A DNA stretch of 64,000 nt from Heterodontus francisci (Eukaryota): NCBI RefSeq assembly GCF_036365525.1, contig NC_090397.1, positions 66,221,781 to 66,285,780 on the forward strand, in the 5' to 3' direction. Under the pieces are notes generated by a model, which saw only the letters and a list, made by a program, of their open reading frames with translations, did not search any database and was not told the origin of the DNA. Both the position numbers and the translations under genes were made by a program. This document shows, one piece after another, positions 12,301-27,300 of the stretch (positions are counted from its first letter, which is position 1; every line of letters starts with the position of its first letter).

Positions 12301-15300
12301 ATCCTGGAGATGTGAAAGATGCTAGATAAATGCAAATTCTTTCTTCCTAGAACTCTAGATGGCGAACTGTGGAATACAAACTTTATTCCACTTGTGAGCC
12401 AGCCTTAACAACTGATCTGATTTAAATGTAATTCTTTGTTGTAGGTTAGCAGGTATTGAGTAACTTTTCTTTACACCATAGGCAATAAAGATTGAAAAGC
12501 CTGTAAATGGACTAATATTGAAATATATTCTTACAGAGAAAATGGAAAGATAATAGGAAGTGATAGATAACTATCTGATCTAATTAAACAGTATAACAGC
12601 AAACTAAACAGAGTGCGGTACCAGAAAATGTAACTCATTTTGGGTCAATTAATACCTTTAAAGCTGACCTGAATGAATGTTATTCAGAAAATCAGTTAAG
12701 GGTTATTGAGATGGTAATAAATCTGTAATTCACAGTGGAGTTTTATCAGAGGGAAGGTTATATCATTTAGGTAGTCAGGCATTGTGTAAGGTTACTGAAT
12801 GACCTTGCCTCATTCCAAATTTTCTTCCTATGAAGAATTTTTATGTTTTGACTACTTGTTCTTCCTTAAAATGAGAGCTAAGTAATTGAAGGTCCTTAAT
12901 GGCTGAACACATTTATCATAGCTCCTGTCCCCTTCATTTTCTTATTTCTTGGTTTCTCTTTCTGGCTTCACATTTTGGAAGTGGTCAATAGAATAATTTT
13001 GAAGCAATCCTTCCAAGCTTGCCACCTCCTTTCAAACTGCAACCCCTGTAGGATGAACGAGGGACTTGATCTATTTTAACCAGAGCAGAGACTTTCTCGT
13101 TATTACCCCTAGAGCTTTAATACATTTGGAAGAGTGCATGGTAGTGTAAATTTTGCACAGCTTATTGGAAAGAGTATGCTTGATGGGGCAAATGGCTTTT
13201 TCCCTGTCCTGTACTTTCTTGTGCTAAAAGTTTCACCCCATTCATTTTACTGCTGTGTAATTCTTGAGCTTCTGCTTCTTCTGCTCAACGGAAAACAAAT
13301 AGGATCTGATTACACAAAAAGCCATAACTGTACCTGGAATAATAATACAAAAGCTGGTTACACTGGGACAAGCATATTTTGGTCTTTTGCTTTGGCATAA
13401 ATGAATGGCAATTCACATGTAATGTGAATTGCCCAGTGTTCTTCATTATCTGTGATCTCTTCAATTCTACAATCAAGCCATATCTGTTAATGATGTTTGT
13501 TTTAATTTTAACTGTAATGTTAACTTTTTCTCATGAACAAGAAAAATGGAAACAAAGTGTCTTTTATATACATTATAGAAAATAACAGAAGGCCTGTCGT
13601 TGGGTTTCAGGCTTGGATGTTCATGAATGGCTGAGTGAAAACCAGTTAAATACGTCTTTAATTCACCTACCATAGAAACAGCAACTACACTGCAAAGTAA
13701 TTCATTATATTTGAAATGCTTTGGGATATCCCAAGAGATATAAAGCAGTATGTAAATACACTTTTCCTTTTTTAATGCACTTGGTTTAATACAATCATTC
13801 TCCATTTCAAAAGTTTGATTGTTGTACTCATAAGCAGGCCTAGTCTCGTACAATTCAGAAACTGTATGTTTCCAATAATGTGTCCTCACTAGATGGCCAA
13901 GCCCTGTGGATTAACTTTGTTCAGTAACCTGTTAACTGCATTAAATGGAGGGGGAAGGGGAGGGTGTTGATTTTAATCCTACTCAGCTGGCAGGTGAATA
14001 GTTAAGATTCCACTGCTGCCTTACCCGCCTGCTTTGTGCCAATTTCGATTTTGACTTGCACTTCTTAGCAGTTGGCAAAGTCATTCTCCGTGAAGCTGAT
14101 GGGGCCCCTCTTTAAATACGCAGATCATGGTTTGATAATGTGATTGGGTGCCAGCTGCAGTTTTAACTTGAGTCTGAACCATAAAACCACTGACCAGGGA
14201 AGCCAAACTTAGTGTGAAGACTAATTATATGGATGAGGAAGCAGAGGCTATGGAATTATACCCCAATATCTTCAGGAAATGAAAGGATGAGGATTCAGAA
14301 AAAATGTTGAAGCCTCACAGTTATTACTTAAAAAAGAATCTTTAAACAACCTTTGAAAGTATCTCATTTGACAAACTATGTTCTAAAGCGGAGCTCGTAA
14401 AGTTTCATTTTTGCTTGGCTCAAAAATTCACTCCATAAGATAAACAAGAATTATATTTCATATGGACCTAATATTATACCTTGAATATATGAGGTTTAAT
14501 AACTTAGGGTCATAATGGCACAGAAGGAGAACATACGGCCCATCGAGTCCATGCCAGCTCTCTGTGGAGCACTTAAGTGAGTCCCATTCCCCTGCTCTAT
14601 CGCCATAGCCCTGCATGTTTATTTCCCTCAAATGCCTATCCAATTTCCTTTTGAAATTATTGCTCGTCTCTGTTTCCACCACCCTTCTAGGGAGTGAGTT
14701 CCAGGTCATTGCCACTCACTGCGTAAAAAAGTTCTTTCTCATATCCCCCCTGTATCTCTTACTCAAAACCTTAAATCTGTGTTTCCTAGTCCTTGTACGA
14801 TCAGCTAATTGGAACAGCTTTATTTTGTCTACCTTATCTAAACCTGTCATAATGCTGTACACCTCTATCAGATCTCCAAGGAGAACAACCCCAGCTTCTC
14901 AAAGCTAACCTGGTAGCTAAAAACCCTCATCCCTGGAACCACTCTGGTAAATCTCCTCTGCATCCTCTCAAGGGCCCTCACATCCTTCCTAAAGCATGGT
15001 GACCAGAACTGGACACAATACTTTAAAAAGACTTGGTGATAAGAGAGGAAGGTATTTGCCTGTAAGGTTTGTGATTAAAGGATGGAATATCTATCCACTG
15101 TATTTGAAAGCATTCTGAATTGGGAGGTTCCGTTATGGAATATGTAAGGTTAGATTTTATTTGGTATTGCATTAACATCCTCAAACCAAGAAATGATACT
15201 TTACATTTTATTTTGTAAAACTGTGTAATTGTTATACAAACATGCATTTCAAGTTACAAAGTGATAGTTAAGTCTTCAAAGTTTCCCTCCTGTGCAGTTA

Positions 15301-18300
15301 AAGCCTCATCTCCACCATCCACTAATATCAACCGGACCAGAACAACAGCCCACATAAGGTTCAGCCCATCTATTAGACAGCAAGCTGGAATCGGTAACAA
15401 TGGAGTTTTCGGTGACTTCATAATGAGATATGATGTGAACAGAGAATTGGGAGTTGGCGATATTCAGGTATTACTGTTAATGTTTTCCTTATTCTGTGTC
15501 TAGAGTATCCCAAGGGTATATGTTCTTATTTATAGAATATTCCAGAGTCCCTACTTTGACACATTGCAGCATTATTATAAAGAACATAATTTAAATTAAA
15601 TAACTTCATTTTAACTTGGTTCACAGGTTAAGTCAATGTTTATGGATGTCAAACAAGTACCTGTGTACTTTCCGTCTGTAACATTCTGCCATAGAAATTT
15701 TACTTTGTATCCATTTTTAAAATTATATTCCAAGCATGATTCTTCTATTCTATTTCATCACCCCACCCCCACTTGTGTTACAAACACTAATGAACCAATT
15801 ATATCTTGTTGCTTTTAACCATGTGGAGAAAAAGAAAATGCTGATATGGTTATCCTTATTTTGCAGGTTCAAAATGGATATTTTGTTCATTACTTTGCAC
15901 CCAAGGATCTCCCTCCAGTGCCAAAGAATGTAGTTTTTGTAATAGACACAAGTGGATCAATGGTTGGAAAAAAAATCAAACAGGTATACTTCTTTATTTT
16001 GATAAAGGGATCAATTTTATCATGCTTAGATAACAACTGTTTCCAGGTGTATAACTGAACCATCATTTACTATTATCATGAGGCTGATCATAGAATCAGA
16101 GAGGTGTACAGTGCAGAGGGAGGCCATTCGGCCCATTGTGTCTTTACCAGCTGGAAAAGAGCTATCCAGCTTAATCCCACTTTCCAGCTCTTTGGTCTGT
16201 AGGCTTGTAGGTTATGGCACTACACCTGCATAACCAGATACTTTTTAAATGCAATGAGGATAATATGCTCACTTCATGATATAATCATTGATCAGATAGA
16301 TATTTTCAGTCTGTTTGTCACAGACAGTTCATATGCCATACAGGAATTAGTAAATAACTTCCATCTGTTAGCCATTGGCTGACACCTGAGCTACTAGGCT
16401 GGATATTATCAGAGGCGGGTTAGGTAGGTAGGTGCGGGGTGGGTGGGGGAGCGGGGGCTGGAGTTTCAGACGGAAAATCAGGAAGTCCGCATACTGTGCC
16501 ATTTCAACTGGAGTTTTAACTCCACAGAGTGCGTCTTTTGACCCTGACAGGTTCCCAGCCTTGAAGTCAGCCTGGCTGATAGGCTTTGCTTCCAATCAGG
16601 CGGGGTGCACTTCAGAGCAGGTCACTGAATGAGATATGTCCAATCCTGATCCTGGTGAGGAGGATGGAGTACGATTCCTGATCCCAGGCATTGTGAGGGG
16701 TCCTATTCTTGATCCTGGGATGTGAGGCCGATCCTGGGAGTGAGGCTGTGATCTCCAGCCCCATTTGTATGGCAGAGTCTAATGTAGGGGCAGCTGGGCA
16801 GGGCCAGGGGAAGGACTGTAGCTCGTTCTGGCCAACAAGCAGTGCTATAAAGGCTCTTACCTTCTGCCCTAAACTGCCCTCACCTTGCTTCAGGTGTTGG
16901 GTTTTCCAAACCCTGGGAAACACAGCTGCTTACTGTAAAACCTGCTGAGCAGGTTAAATCAGAGGCAACCAGTCTCATTAATGTATTTTAGTTGCCAACC
17001 CACTACTGGGAGGGGTTGGCCGCCTATCCCTTGACCTGCCTCTGTAAAAACTAGAAGTGGGTGGGTTGGGGTCAGGGTTCAGAATTTTAAAGTGATCACC
17101 CCTCCACCCGCTTCCAAACAACCTGATTTTTTTTGTACTAAAGCTCCTCCCTATTGACTTTGACCATCACTTATTTTGCTGGCTATCCAATTGCTGGTAT
17201 CTAAACCACTCAGTTCTACTTTGATGCATTAGTATGAATGCTGGTGATATATTGTCCTGAAGATTGACTCAGTACAAGGAGGACAGTAACTAACTGGTCT
17301 TTAGACAAGAGTAAGTTAAGTCCTCATTAGGCAGACAGCAGGTACCAGGAGACAAACGACACAACATTAAATGTGAAAATGTTTCACTTTCCCAAAGTGT
17401 TAAATAACCCATACTGACATCGTTCTTATTTTCTAGCAGCTCATTTTGGTACAAGTACTTAATGTGTCAAATATTCTGTGGCTTTCTCTGCTGAATTTTG
17501 CTACTGCTGTCCTCAACTTTTAACAGGCAAAGACTTGGCATTTGTCTTTGTCTCTGTTACAAGCCAAATAAACTGTTAACATTCTGTTGTGTTTGGCAAG
17601 CTTCTCCTTAGGAATTAATACAAGTCAAAGTTAGCCAAGTAATTGTGCCATTCAATTGTAATTTTTCTTATATAATCTGTACACTTACCAGGAAATTGTT
17701 ACTGCCTAAACATTTACAAAACAAAAATAATAAATTGCAGAGGTGTCAATCTTTACACTGTTCAACAACACACTTTCTTTGCAAGTGTATTCACGATATC
17801 ACCAATTTATGTGATATAGTTAGATCTCAGCTAGGCTTTTGATATTGTGCCACATGGCAAATAGTCCACAGGTAGGAAGGAATGGTATAAGAGGAGGTGG
17901 ATTGAAAGTCAGTAAACTAGAGAAAGTGAAGAGTGACTGGAATGGACCTCTGTTAATTCGGAAAGCAATTACTATTCACAGGGGCCAATACTGTTCAGTG
18001 TAAATTCTGGCCTCTTGAGTATCCCTGATTTCCTTTGCTGTGCCTGTGGCTGTTTAGGGACTAAGTTCTGGAATTCCCTCTGTAAAGTCCTCCACCTCTA
18101 AGTGAGTGAAACAAATATATTTTAACTTGCATCTCTGTGCAAATCAATGTAGCAAGGATCTGCACACATGACATCAACCCTTGCCCAGTGCTGGTGAACC
18201 CAAATGTATCTGCAGAACCCTCTTCCTTTAAGAAAATGGGTGAGCTAGCCAATCTTTGCAATTGAAAAAAATGTCAATCCTCATAAAAGAATATTGCCAA

Positions 18301-21300
18301 GTGCCTAGGAGTGAGATGAGATAGTGTCCTGAATCGTGCATTTAGCTTGGCAGGAAACAGTGTGGGTGACCAAAGATGGCGAGGTCAGGATGGGATTGAG
18401 AACCTCAGCTAACATGCAAGCTACAGAGAGGTCAGGATCACGCCTACAGACAGGATGGAGTTATTCGGCAAGGTGGTAGCTGTGTTTGAACTCCCCAGCG
18501 TCGAGGAAACAGCATCATGAGCAATGATTCCAGTACACCAGATTGGAAGTATGTGTAAATTGCTGTGCCAGATGGAAGAAGTGTTTTGCATCTTGGATGA
18601 ATGTTTGTGAAGAGATCAATAAGCAATTTTGCAACTGTAATGGTTGCACATGAAAGTATCATGGGAAGGTTAGCTGGAAGTTGGGATTGTGGAAGAATGA
18701 ATAAGTGTATAAATGGAGGGAAAGGTCCATCAGGAAAATCAAAAAGGCTAGGGAACAGAAGAGCTGGCTTATGATGGGATCATGTTACATGTGGTGAAAA
18801 TAGAGAATGATTTGGTGAGCAAAGAGGCTAGTGGGTGGAAGGTGAGGAAGGGAGGACTCTTGTTGAGGAAGGGAGGACTCTTATTATTGTGAAAGGAGGG
18901 TGAGAAGATGGCCTGAGAAATGGGTTCAGTCATTGTGAGGGGCATTCTCGACAACAGGATAAAATTCAACAGAGGAAAAAGGCCATTTCAGAAACATTGG
19001 TGGTAAAAGTAGAGTCATCAGAGCAGTAGGATGTAGCTGGAGTATGGAACAGAATCGAGGGCTGGATTTTACCAGCCCCCTGATGTCAGGGGTTATGGTG
19101 AGGGGGCCCGGAAAATACCTGTGGGAGTGGCCCGACATGGGCCTTGCGCTGGGAAGGCTCCGTCCCATATTACCAGTGGCGGTGAGGCCTTGTGGCGGCC
19201 CCACCCACCCCCACTACCGCTCAGCGATAGGGACCTAATTAAAATATGTTAATTAATTAAAATTACATGAATAAAGACTTACCTTTTCATGATAGCTGTC
19301 CTGCTCCGATATTCTGGCTGGGTGCAGGAACTCCCACGCCTTCGGATCTCCATCCAAGATCTGAGACAGGACACTGGTGGGGAGGGGGGAGGAGTGAAGA
19401 TTTCAGGCAGGGAGAGGGGGGGGGAATGGCAAAAGTTAATGTCATTTGTGGAGGGATGGTGGGAAGGGGTTAAAGGTTAGGGCTCGAGAATACTTTTTTT
19501 TGGGGGGAGAGGACAAATAACAAATGGATTAATCATTGGGGGCATGGGAGAGGGGATTGGAACTCTGAATACATTTTTAATTTTACTTTTTAAAAAACTG
19601 TCACCTTAAAAATTTAAATGACATGGTAGGGCCTGAAGCACTTTAAAAATGGCACTGTTGCCTGCATAGTGGCGCCGATGCCGTTGCCGGGGACGGAGCG
19701 CCTGCCCCACTGCATCATCGGGGCTGGGCAGTCCACCTTGGACATGTAAATGAGCTGCCGTGCGAAATATCATGGTGTCTCCGTGAGGCAAATCCCACGC
19801 GTGCGCCCTGCTGCTTGGCGGTGAGCTGTAAAAATTCTAGCCCTAGAGTGGGAAGAAGTGTAATCCATATTGTTGTCGTAGGAGTCTTTGGGTTTTAAAT
19901 TGATCTCTGTAGAAAACCTATTGTCAGAGAAGGAGAGAGGTGTCCAGAAAGGATTTGGACTTTGCATGTGAAGTTAAATAAACCATAAGTAAAAATTAAC
20001 CAGTCCAAAAATCCAGATATCACAATTCATTCATTTAGCAATACTGTCTAAATAAAACAGGTCAGAAAACCTGCTACAAAAGTAATACTTTTCATAGCAA
20101 TAATTACATTTATAAAATGTACTATAGTTATGAAGTGAAGATTGTTAGCAGGTTGATTGCCTACAACATTGAAAAGAAAGAAATTGCATTTACATTGTGC
20201 CTTATTACATCGATCAGAAATGTCTCAAAGTGCTTTGCACACAATTAATTACATTTGAAGGGTAGTACTGCTGTTATGGGGACAACTACACCAGTCATTT
20301 AACTGGCAGAAAGGTCCCACAGTAGCAATGAGATGAATAACCAGTTGGTGGTAAGAAGATCAGACTGGAAGACTCCCTTCTCTCTCTCAAATAGTGCCAT
20401 AGGGTCTTTATTATCTCCCTGCAAAGGACAGCACTTCTAATCTCCCTCAGTACGACACTAGACTGTCCATCTGGGATATGTCCTTCAGTTCTCATCATGA
20501 GAATTGAGCTGATAACCTTCTGACTGAGAAGCAAGAGTGCCACCAACTCAACCTGGCTGACAAATAATGCTAAGGATTTAAAAATGGAGCAACTGAAAAT
20601 AATTTTATACTTACATTGTGATTTTGTACTTAAAATGCCATGCTTAGATCAAGAATTCTATACAATGGTAATAGATGTGAAGAAAATTGGTGTTGTAAAA
20701 TTCAGTGCTTGGATCAGAATACTGCTCAGCTATAAAATTGCATTTGACTGGAGTCAATTACCATCATTCCAAAATTAGAATATTCAATGGGAAATGCTTT
20801 TACATTGAACCTCTGTATTATATGCATGCCATGTGCAATATGATATGCTCATTTATCACTGAGTCATTTTGTAATAACGATGGTGCTTTAAACATTTTTC
20901 ATCCTAGATATCAGAAACATATGTTTAGTTTAGAGATACAGCATTGAAACAGGCCCTTCGGCCCACCGAGTCTGTGCCGACCATCAACCACCCATTTATA
21001 CTAATCCTACACTAATTCCATATTCCTACCACATCCCCACCTGTCCCTATATTTCCCTACCACCTACCTATACTTGGAGAAGTTTATAATGGCCAATTTA
21101 CCTATCAACCTGCAAGTCTTTGGCATGTGGGAGGAAACCGGAGCACCTGGAGGAAACCCACGCAAACACAGGGAGAACTTGCAAACTCCACACAGGCAGT
21201 ACCCAGAATTGAACCCAGGTCGCTGGAGCTGTGAGGCTGCGGTGCTAACCACTGCGCCACTGTGCCGCCCGATTTATTACTAACCTCTCGAAAGCGCATT

Positions 21301-24300
21301 TTTCCCCCTGTACTCAACTTTTACTTCCTCAGATCCCACCTCTGACTCCAGACCTGTATTTCTGTAATCACTCTAATCATATGGATATGAAATACAGCAA
21401 CACTTAATGATCCAGAGTCCCATGGTAGAGTTCTCCATTCATTTCTATCAAACCGAAAACCAATGCTCTGAGATTATTTCATGTTGAATTGGGAAAACCA
21501 GACAAAGTAAGAAAGGCGGTAAAAATAGGCCAATTATTTGCCTATTTATTCCACTCTTTGTTGGCATTTTCTCATGCATGACTAATTTTCTGACAACCGA
21601 AAGTCTGTAAGAGAAGACAAGGTAGGTGTCAGCTCTTGAGTCCTTGCTTAACAAATGACAGCTGTTAGACCAATTCAGAGAATAAATTGCTTAATTCAAG
21701 AAATTGAAAATATGTCATTTGCAATATTTGTCATCTCCAAATCAGAGCAGGGTATGTATTGCTGTCAGGCTGATTTGAATTGATTGCCAGTTTTAATAGG
21801 GATATAATTATAACACAAACAGAAGCATCTGCAATAAATAGTGTTTGATGCTCATTAAAAAGGATGGCAAGGCAGGATTTGGAATTATTATGTCTTGTAA
21901 CCAGTCATGAAGATAATGTCACTTTATTCTTTATACTAATATAATCATAACATGTTTTAATATTTCCCTTGCTGCATTCTAACATAGCATTTCACTTGTC
22001 ATCTATAATTAAAATGTTTCCAGCTCTTAGACTCCTTTGTGATCATACAAATTATCCCTATTCATTGGAATTATCCTTATTCTCTCTAAAATTGCTTGAT
22101 ACATTTTGCTTGTCCATTATATTAACAGTTAAGCTTGACAAATTACTGCTGGCATTAACTGCAATGCCTGCATTATTTGAGGATTGCTAAACAGTAATGC
22201 TGGAGGTGTGGAACAACATAGATTTCCCATCTATTTATCACCATCAAATTGCAGTTGAGATAAGTAGTTTCTGCCTGCTTTATTGCTGATATGTGTTGTG
22301 GGAAAAGATACCATATTACAAGCTCGAGCATTGCATGTGAGATGCTTTTCTAATGCTCATGTCTTGGTCAAAAGACTATCTGAAGTAATGTGATGGCTGT
22401 CAAGCAGCACATAAGGACCAAGCACAACCATCCAGCAATGACTGAAGAGAAATGCTGTAGGGACTGAGACTGTACAGGGTCATAGGCTTGTGCCATTTCC
22501 TACAGAAAAACTCCACACAGGACCTACCATATGTAGGGCACTGCCAATAATCATCACGATTACCATGATACTCAGTTCACTCTGCATTTACTGTTTCTCG
22601 GTTAGCACTGCTAATACCTGTGTGTTAGCAATTTGTTATACATTGTTGCTTAAAGGTGACAAATGCATCATTTAATTAGTTAGGCCGATATCTTCCACCG
22701 CATTTCCCAGTAATAGCAGAATGAGCTTCCCAAGGGTACAAAGGTCAGATTGAACCAGGGGGCCAAAAATATTTTAACTCTAGTAAAATGCTACTCGTCT
22801 CTGATCACCAGGGCAGAATCACTTAAGAGTAAGTAATGTACCCTATGTACATAATATGCTTTCTGTTGCTTGCTGTAGCCTAATTCTCTACATTCTACTT
22901 GTAAATAAATCTGACCATTAGTTTTAGCCTGTATACACTGAACTAATGACATGGTATTTTCCAATATTTTGGAGCCAGGAGGATGTTGCGAACAGTTCAG
23001 GTACAATTTGGTGAATGATTAGGGAATAACTATTAGTTTATGGCACACTACTCCACTTACAATGCACAAAAGGATGCAGTTTTGGTTCTTAGCGATCAAC
23101 CTTCTCACAGAAACTGTTGCCTTGCTAGGAATAGAAAAGAAAGTTTAGGAAGAAACCAATTTGAGCCATGCCTGCCGGGTGTAATGTGGGGTAGATTGGA
23201 TTATCACATTATTTTGTTTTAAACTTGTCTTTTCATCTTCAATTATGTGATTACATCAGTCTGTTAAGACTAATGCCCCAGCAGAATCTTAGATGGCAGA
23301 TGCATTGAAATACATTGGTTTGATATACCTTCAGAACTGAGTTTTTGCCATCATCCCAACAATTCTCAACTTCCAACAGTGTCATAGATTTTTTCATTTT
23401 ATATATTCATTCTTAGAATATGTGCACCATTGTCAAGGCCAGCATTTACTTCCCACCCTTACTTGCCCTTCATGGTGAGCTGCCTTCTTGAACCACTGCA
23501 GCCTGTGTGATGAAGGTGCTCTCACAATGCTGTTAGGTAGGGAGTTCCAGGATTTTGGCACAGCAGCGATATGTGTCCAAGTGAGGATGGTGTATGATGA
23601 AGAGTAACTTGGATGTGGTGAAGTTCCCATGCACCTGCTGCTTTGTCTTCCTAGATGATAGAAGTCGTGGATTCGGAAAGTGCTGTCAAAGAATCCTGGG
23701 AGAGTTATTTCTGTAACTAGATTTGCATATCAATGTATACAGATATAACAGTGGAACTACTATTATGCAGAAGCAACTTAAAAGAATAGCAACACCGTTG
23801 TTCAGTAATGGACAGAAAATTGCAGTGAGCGTAGAGACACAAAGCCCCAGCTAATATGTATAAACAAAAACAAGAAATGCTGGAAATACTCAGCAGGTCT
23901 GGCAGCATCTGTGGAGAGAGAAGCAGAGTTAATGTTTCAGGTCAGTGACCTTTCATCAGAACCTGAAACGTTAACTCTGCTTCTCTCTCCACAGATGCTG
24001 CCAGACCTGCTGAGTATTTCCAGCATTTCTTGTTTTTATTTCAGATTTCCAGCATCTGCAGCATTTTGCTTTTATTTATGTTTCCATGTACTTGGGAGTC
24101 AGACCACTTAGTGCATCTGAAAATACTTTGTATTGGCATGGCAGCATAGGTGAATTAAGTGTAATTGGGAAATTTAAAGGAAATTATTCCTCATTGTTGG
24201 GAGTGCAGCAATAGAAACATTATATGTCCCATTAGGTCCGATGGTCCATCAATACGTGCATCCCTTTGTTATTTTGCATTTAGGAAGTAACTGTTTTGAA

Positions 24301-27300
24301 TCAGAGGTTGGAAATCAAGAAAATGGCTAACTATAATATGTCCAAGGTTGCTCCCCTGACATTATACATGCCATAAACTAGAAGAAAAACATAATAGTTT
24401 GTGTAACATATTGGTATTGATGCTTGGTTTTCTCGATAAGTTGACATTCCCGTGAATTCAAATCTCAAAGTATTTGATGAATCAATCTCTACTGGACTGG
24501 AGTTCTAATTACTTGCAACTGAAAATGATGATTAATGTTCTAGGAACAGCACAATTAATATTCCCTTTGTCATGGGATCTGTCTTTCATTATCATTTCCT
24601 TCCCACGAAATTACTCCCTAACAGAAATTCGTGCAGATTTTCATTGATTCATCACAAAATCTGAGAAAACCCTTACAGATTTTTTAATAAAACTCTAAAC
24701 ACCTTCCAAAAGTTTTGCAAAACTTATAAATATATATTTCTTCAAAAAGCACTACCCACTATTAAACAATTTACTGGACGGAAGCAAAACAATTTAACAA
24801 AGACAAGAAAAAATAAAAATAACAAAAAGTAAATATTGTGAATCTGTAATAAAAGCAGAAAATCTGGAAATATACAGCAGGCTCTTTAGCATCCAAAAAG
24901 AGAAAAGACAGGTTAACTCACTTCTGATAAAGGATCCCCATCTGTCTTTACAGAAGCTGACAGACCTGCTGTGCAGTTGCAGAATTTTCTGCTCTAATGC
25001 AAAATAGTTGGTTCATTCTCAGCAGTAAATTTACAGGGTTGTAGAGCGGGCAACCAGAATTTGTTTCACTTGATATGTTAACTTTTTAGTTGGGGCTTTG
25101 CATTTATTGTTTTGACACTGCAGCCAATGACCAAACCTGCTGGTGTGAAACCACTTCTTCCAGGTTGTTTCTGACATGTTATTAGGAAACCTGACTTGGC
25201 AGCCTTAGTGATAGTTGAAGAGTTTCAGTAACTTAGAGCATTTGAAAGAGAAAATACTTTAAATGTCCCGATTAGTTTGGAAAAAATTTGTACATGATAC
25301 TGAGCAGTGACTTGCAAATAATGGTTACAGGAATGAGGGACTTCAGTTACGTGGATGCATTGGAGCAGTTAGGGATGTTCTCCTCAGAGGAGAGAAGGTT
25401 GAAAGGAGATTTGATAGAGGTGTTCAAAATCATGCTGGGTGTAGACAAAGCAGATAGGGAGAAACTGTTCCCGTTGATGGAAGGGTGGAGTACCAGAGGA
25501 CACCAATGTAAGGTGATTGGCAAACTAACCAATGGCTGCATGAGGAAAAGCTTGTTTGCACAGCGAGTAGGTTTTTAAAAATTCATTCATGGGATGCGGG
25601 CGTCACTGGCTGGGCCAGCATTTATTGCCCATCCATAATTGCCCTTGAGAAGGTGGTGGTGAGCTGCCTTCTTGAACAGCTGCAGTCCTTGGGGTGTAAG
25701 CACACCCACAGTGCTGTTAGGAAGGGAGTTCCAGGATTTTGACCCAGCGACAGTGAAGGAATGGCGATGTAGTTCCAAGTCAGGATGGTGTGTGGCTTGG
25801 AGGAGAACTTGCAGGTGGTGGTGTTCCCATGCATTTGCTGCCTTTGTCCTTCTAGTTGCTAGAGGTCGTGGGTTTGAAAGTGCTGTCTAAGGAGCCTTGG
25901 TGCATTGCTGCAGTGCATCTTGTAGATGGTACATACTGCTGCCACTGTGCATCGGTGGTGGAGGGAGTGAATGTTTGTGGATGGGGTGCCAATCAAGTGG
26001 GCTGCTTTGTTCTGGATGGTGTCAAGCTTCTTGAGTATTGTTGGAGCTGCACCCATCCAGGCAAGTGGAAAATATTCCATCACACTCCTGACTTGTGCCT
26101 TGTGAATCCAGGTTTATAAACTTGCCACTGAATGTTTTGAGAAAGTGATGCCACACCTTTCAAAATATTAAAGAAGTTATAGGTTGGGTATGTAATAAAG
26201 ACATGCTTATAACCAGAGCACATTCCAGGTGAAGAGCATTTAATTCATAGCCTGTAGTTTTAAAAAATTCATTCACAGAATGTGGGTATTGCTGGCGTGG
26301 CTAACATCTATTTCCCATCCCTAAGTGCCCTTGGGAAGGTGGTGGTGTGTGACCTTCTTGAACTGCTGCAGTCCACGTGAAGGTCATAGCAGTTTTGATA
26401 CAACTGAGTGGCTTGCTGGGCCATCGCAGAGGGCAGTTAAGAGTCAACTACATTGATGTGGGTCTAAAGTCATCAATAGGCCAGATGTGATAAGTTTGGC
26501 AGATTTCCTGCCCAAAAGGACATCAATGAACCAGATGGGTTTTTCCTGACAACAAGTATTTTCATGGTCACCATTACTGGCACGAGCTTTTTTTTTTAAA
26601 TTCCAGGTTTATTTAATTAGCTGAGTTTAAATTCCCCAGCTGCTATGGTAGGATGTGAACTCACATCTATGGATTATGAGTCCAGGCCTCTGGATTATTA
26701 GGCCAGTAACATAACCACTATGCTACCATATAAATCACATAATTATAGCAGCTGTGCCCCTAATGGTCTCAGAACACAAGTTCTATGGTATAAAACTTGT
26801 AGAATATGGTGGTGTGTGTGAGAAGTCTTCAAATAGTATGATCAATCTGTAAGTAAGTGCATACTGTAATAAAATGTGACCAAAGTCTGCAGAAAGAAGT
26901 TTTCATTGACTTTAAAAAATGCCTTCCCACCAAGCATTGTGTATATTGTCAGACCAAAGATGCCCTTTTCACCATCCTCAATGACCTTCGATCCATTGAC
27001 CACTTCAACATCATCAACTTCTCCAGCCGTGTCAAGGTCTGGCAACGTGGAAAACTTGTCCCTGTCGTCCGGGAGACGCTAAGAGATGCCAGGAAGTACA
27101 TCTACCTAATGTCACCTTCAGGAGGTAAAAGGGGCTGTGTTTTAAATTAATTCTGAAAACTTTCTTTCTGATCTCTCATCTCCAATAGAAAATCTTGCCT
27201 TTTGGTGTTTGGGACATTGCTTCAATGGAGGCCTCCAGGTTTGTCTGGCATCAACAATGAGCTTGTGCTGAGCTGGTAACTCATCTCTTGTGTGCCCTGT

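Noticed and set aside
21190-21270. tRNA gene (also 30404 and 39116)
   Set aside because: The A and B boxes belong to SINE heads that continue into a V-domain and LINE tail; no complete cloverleaf.
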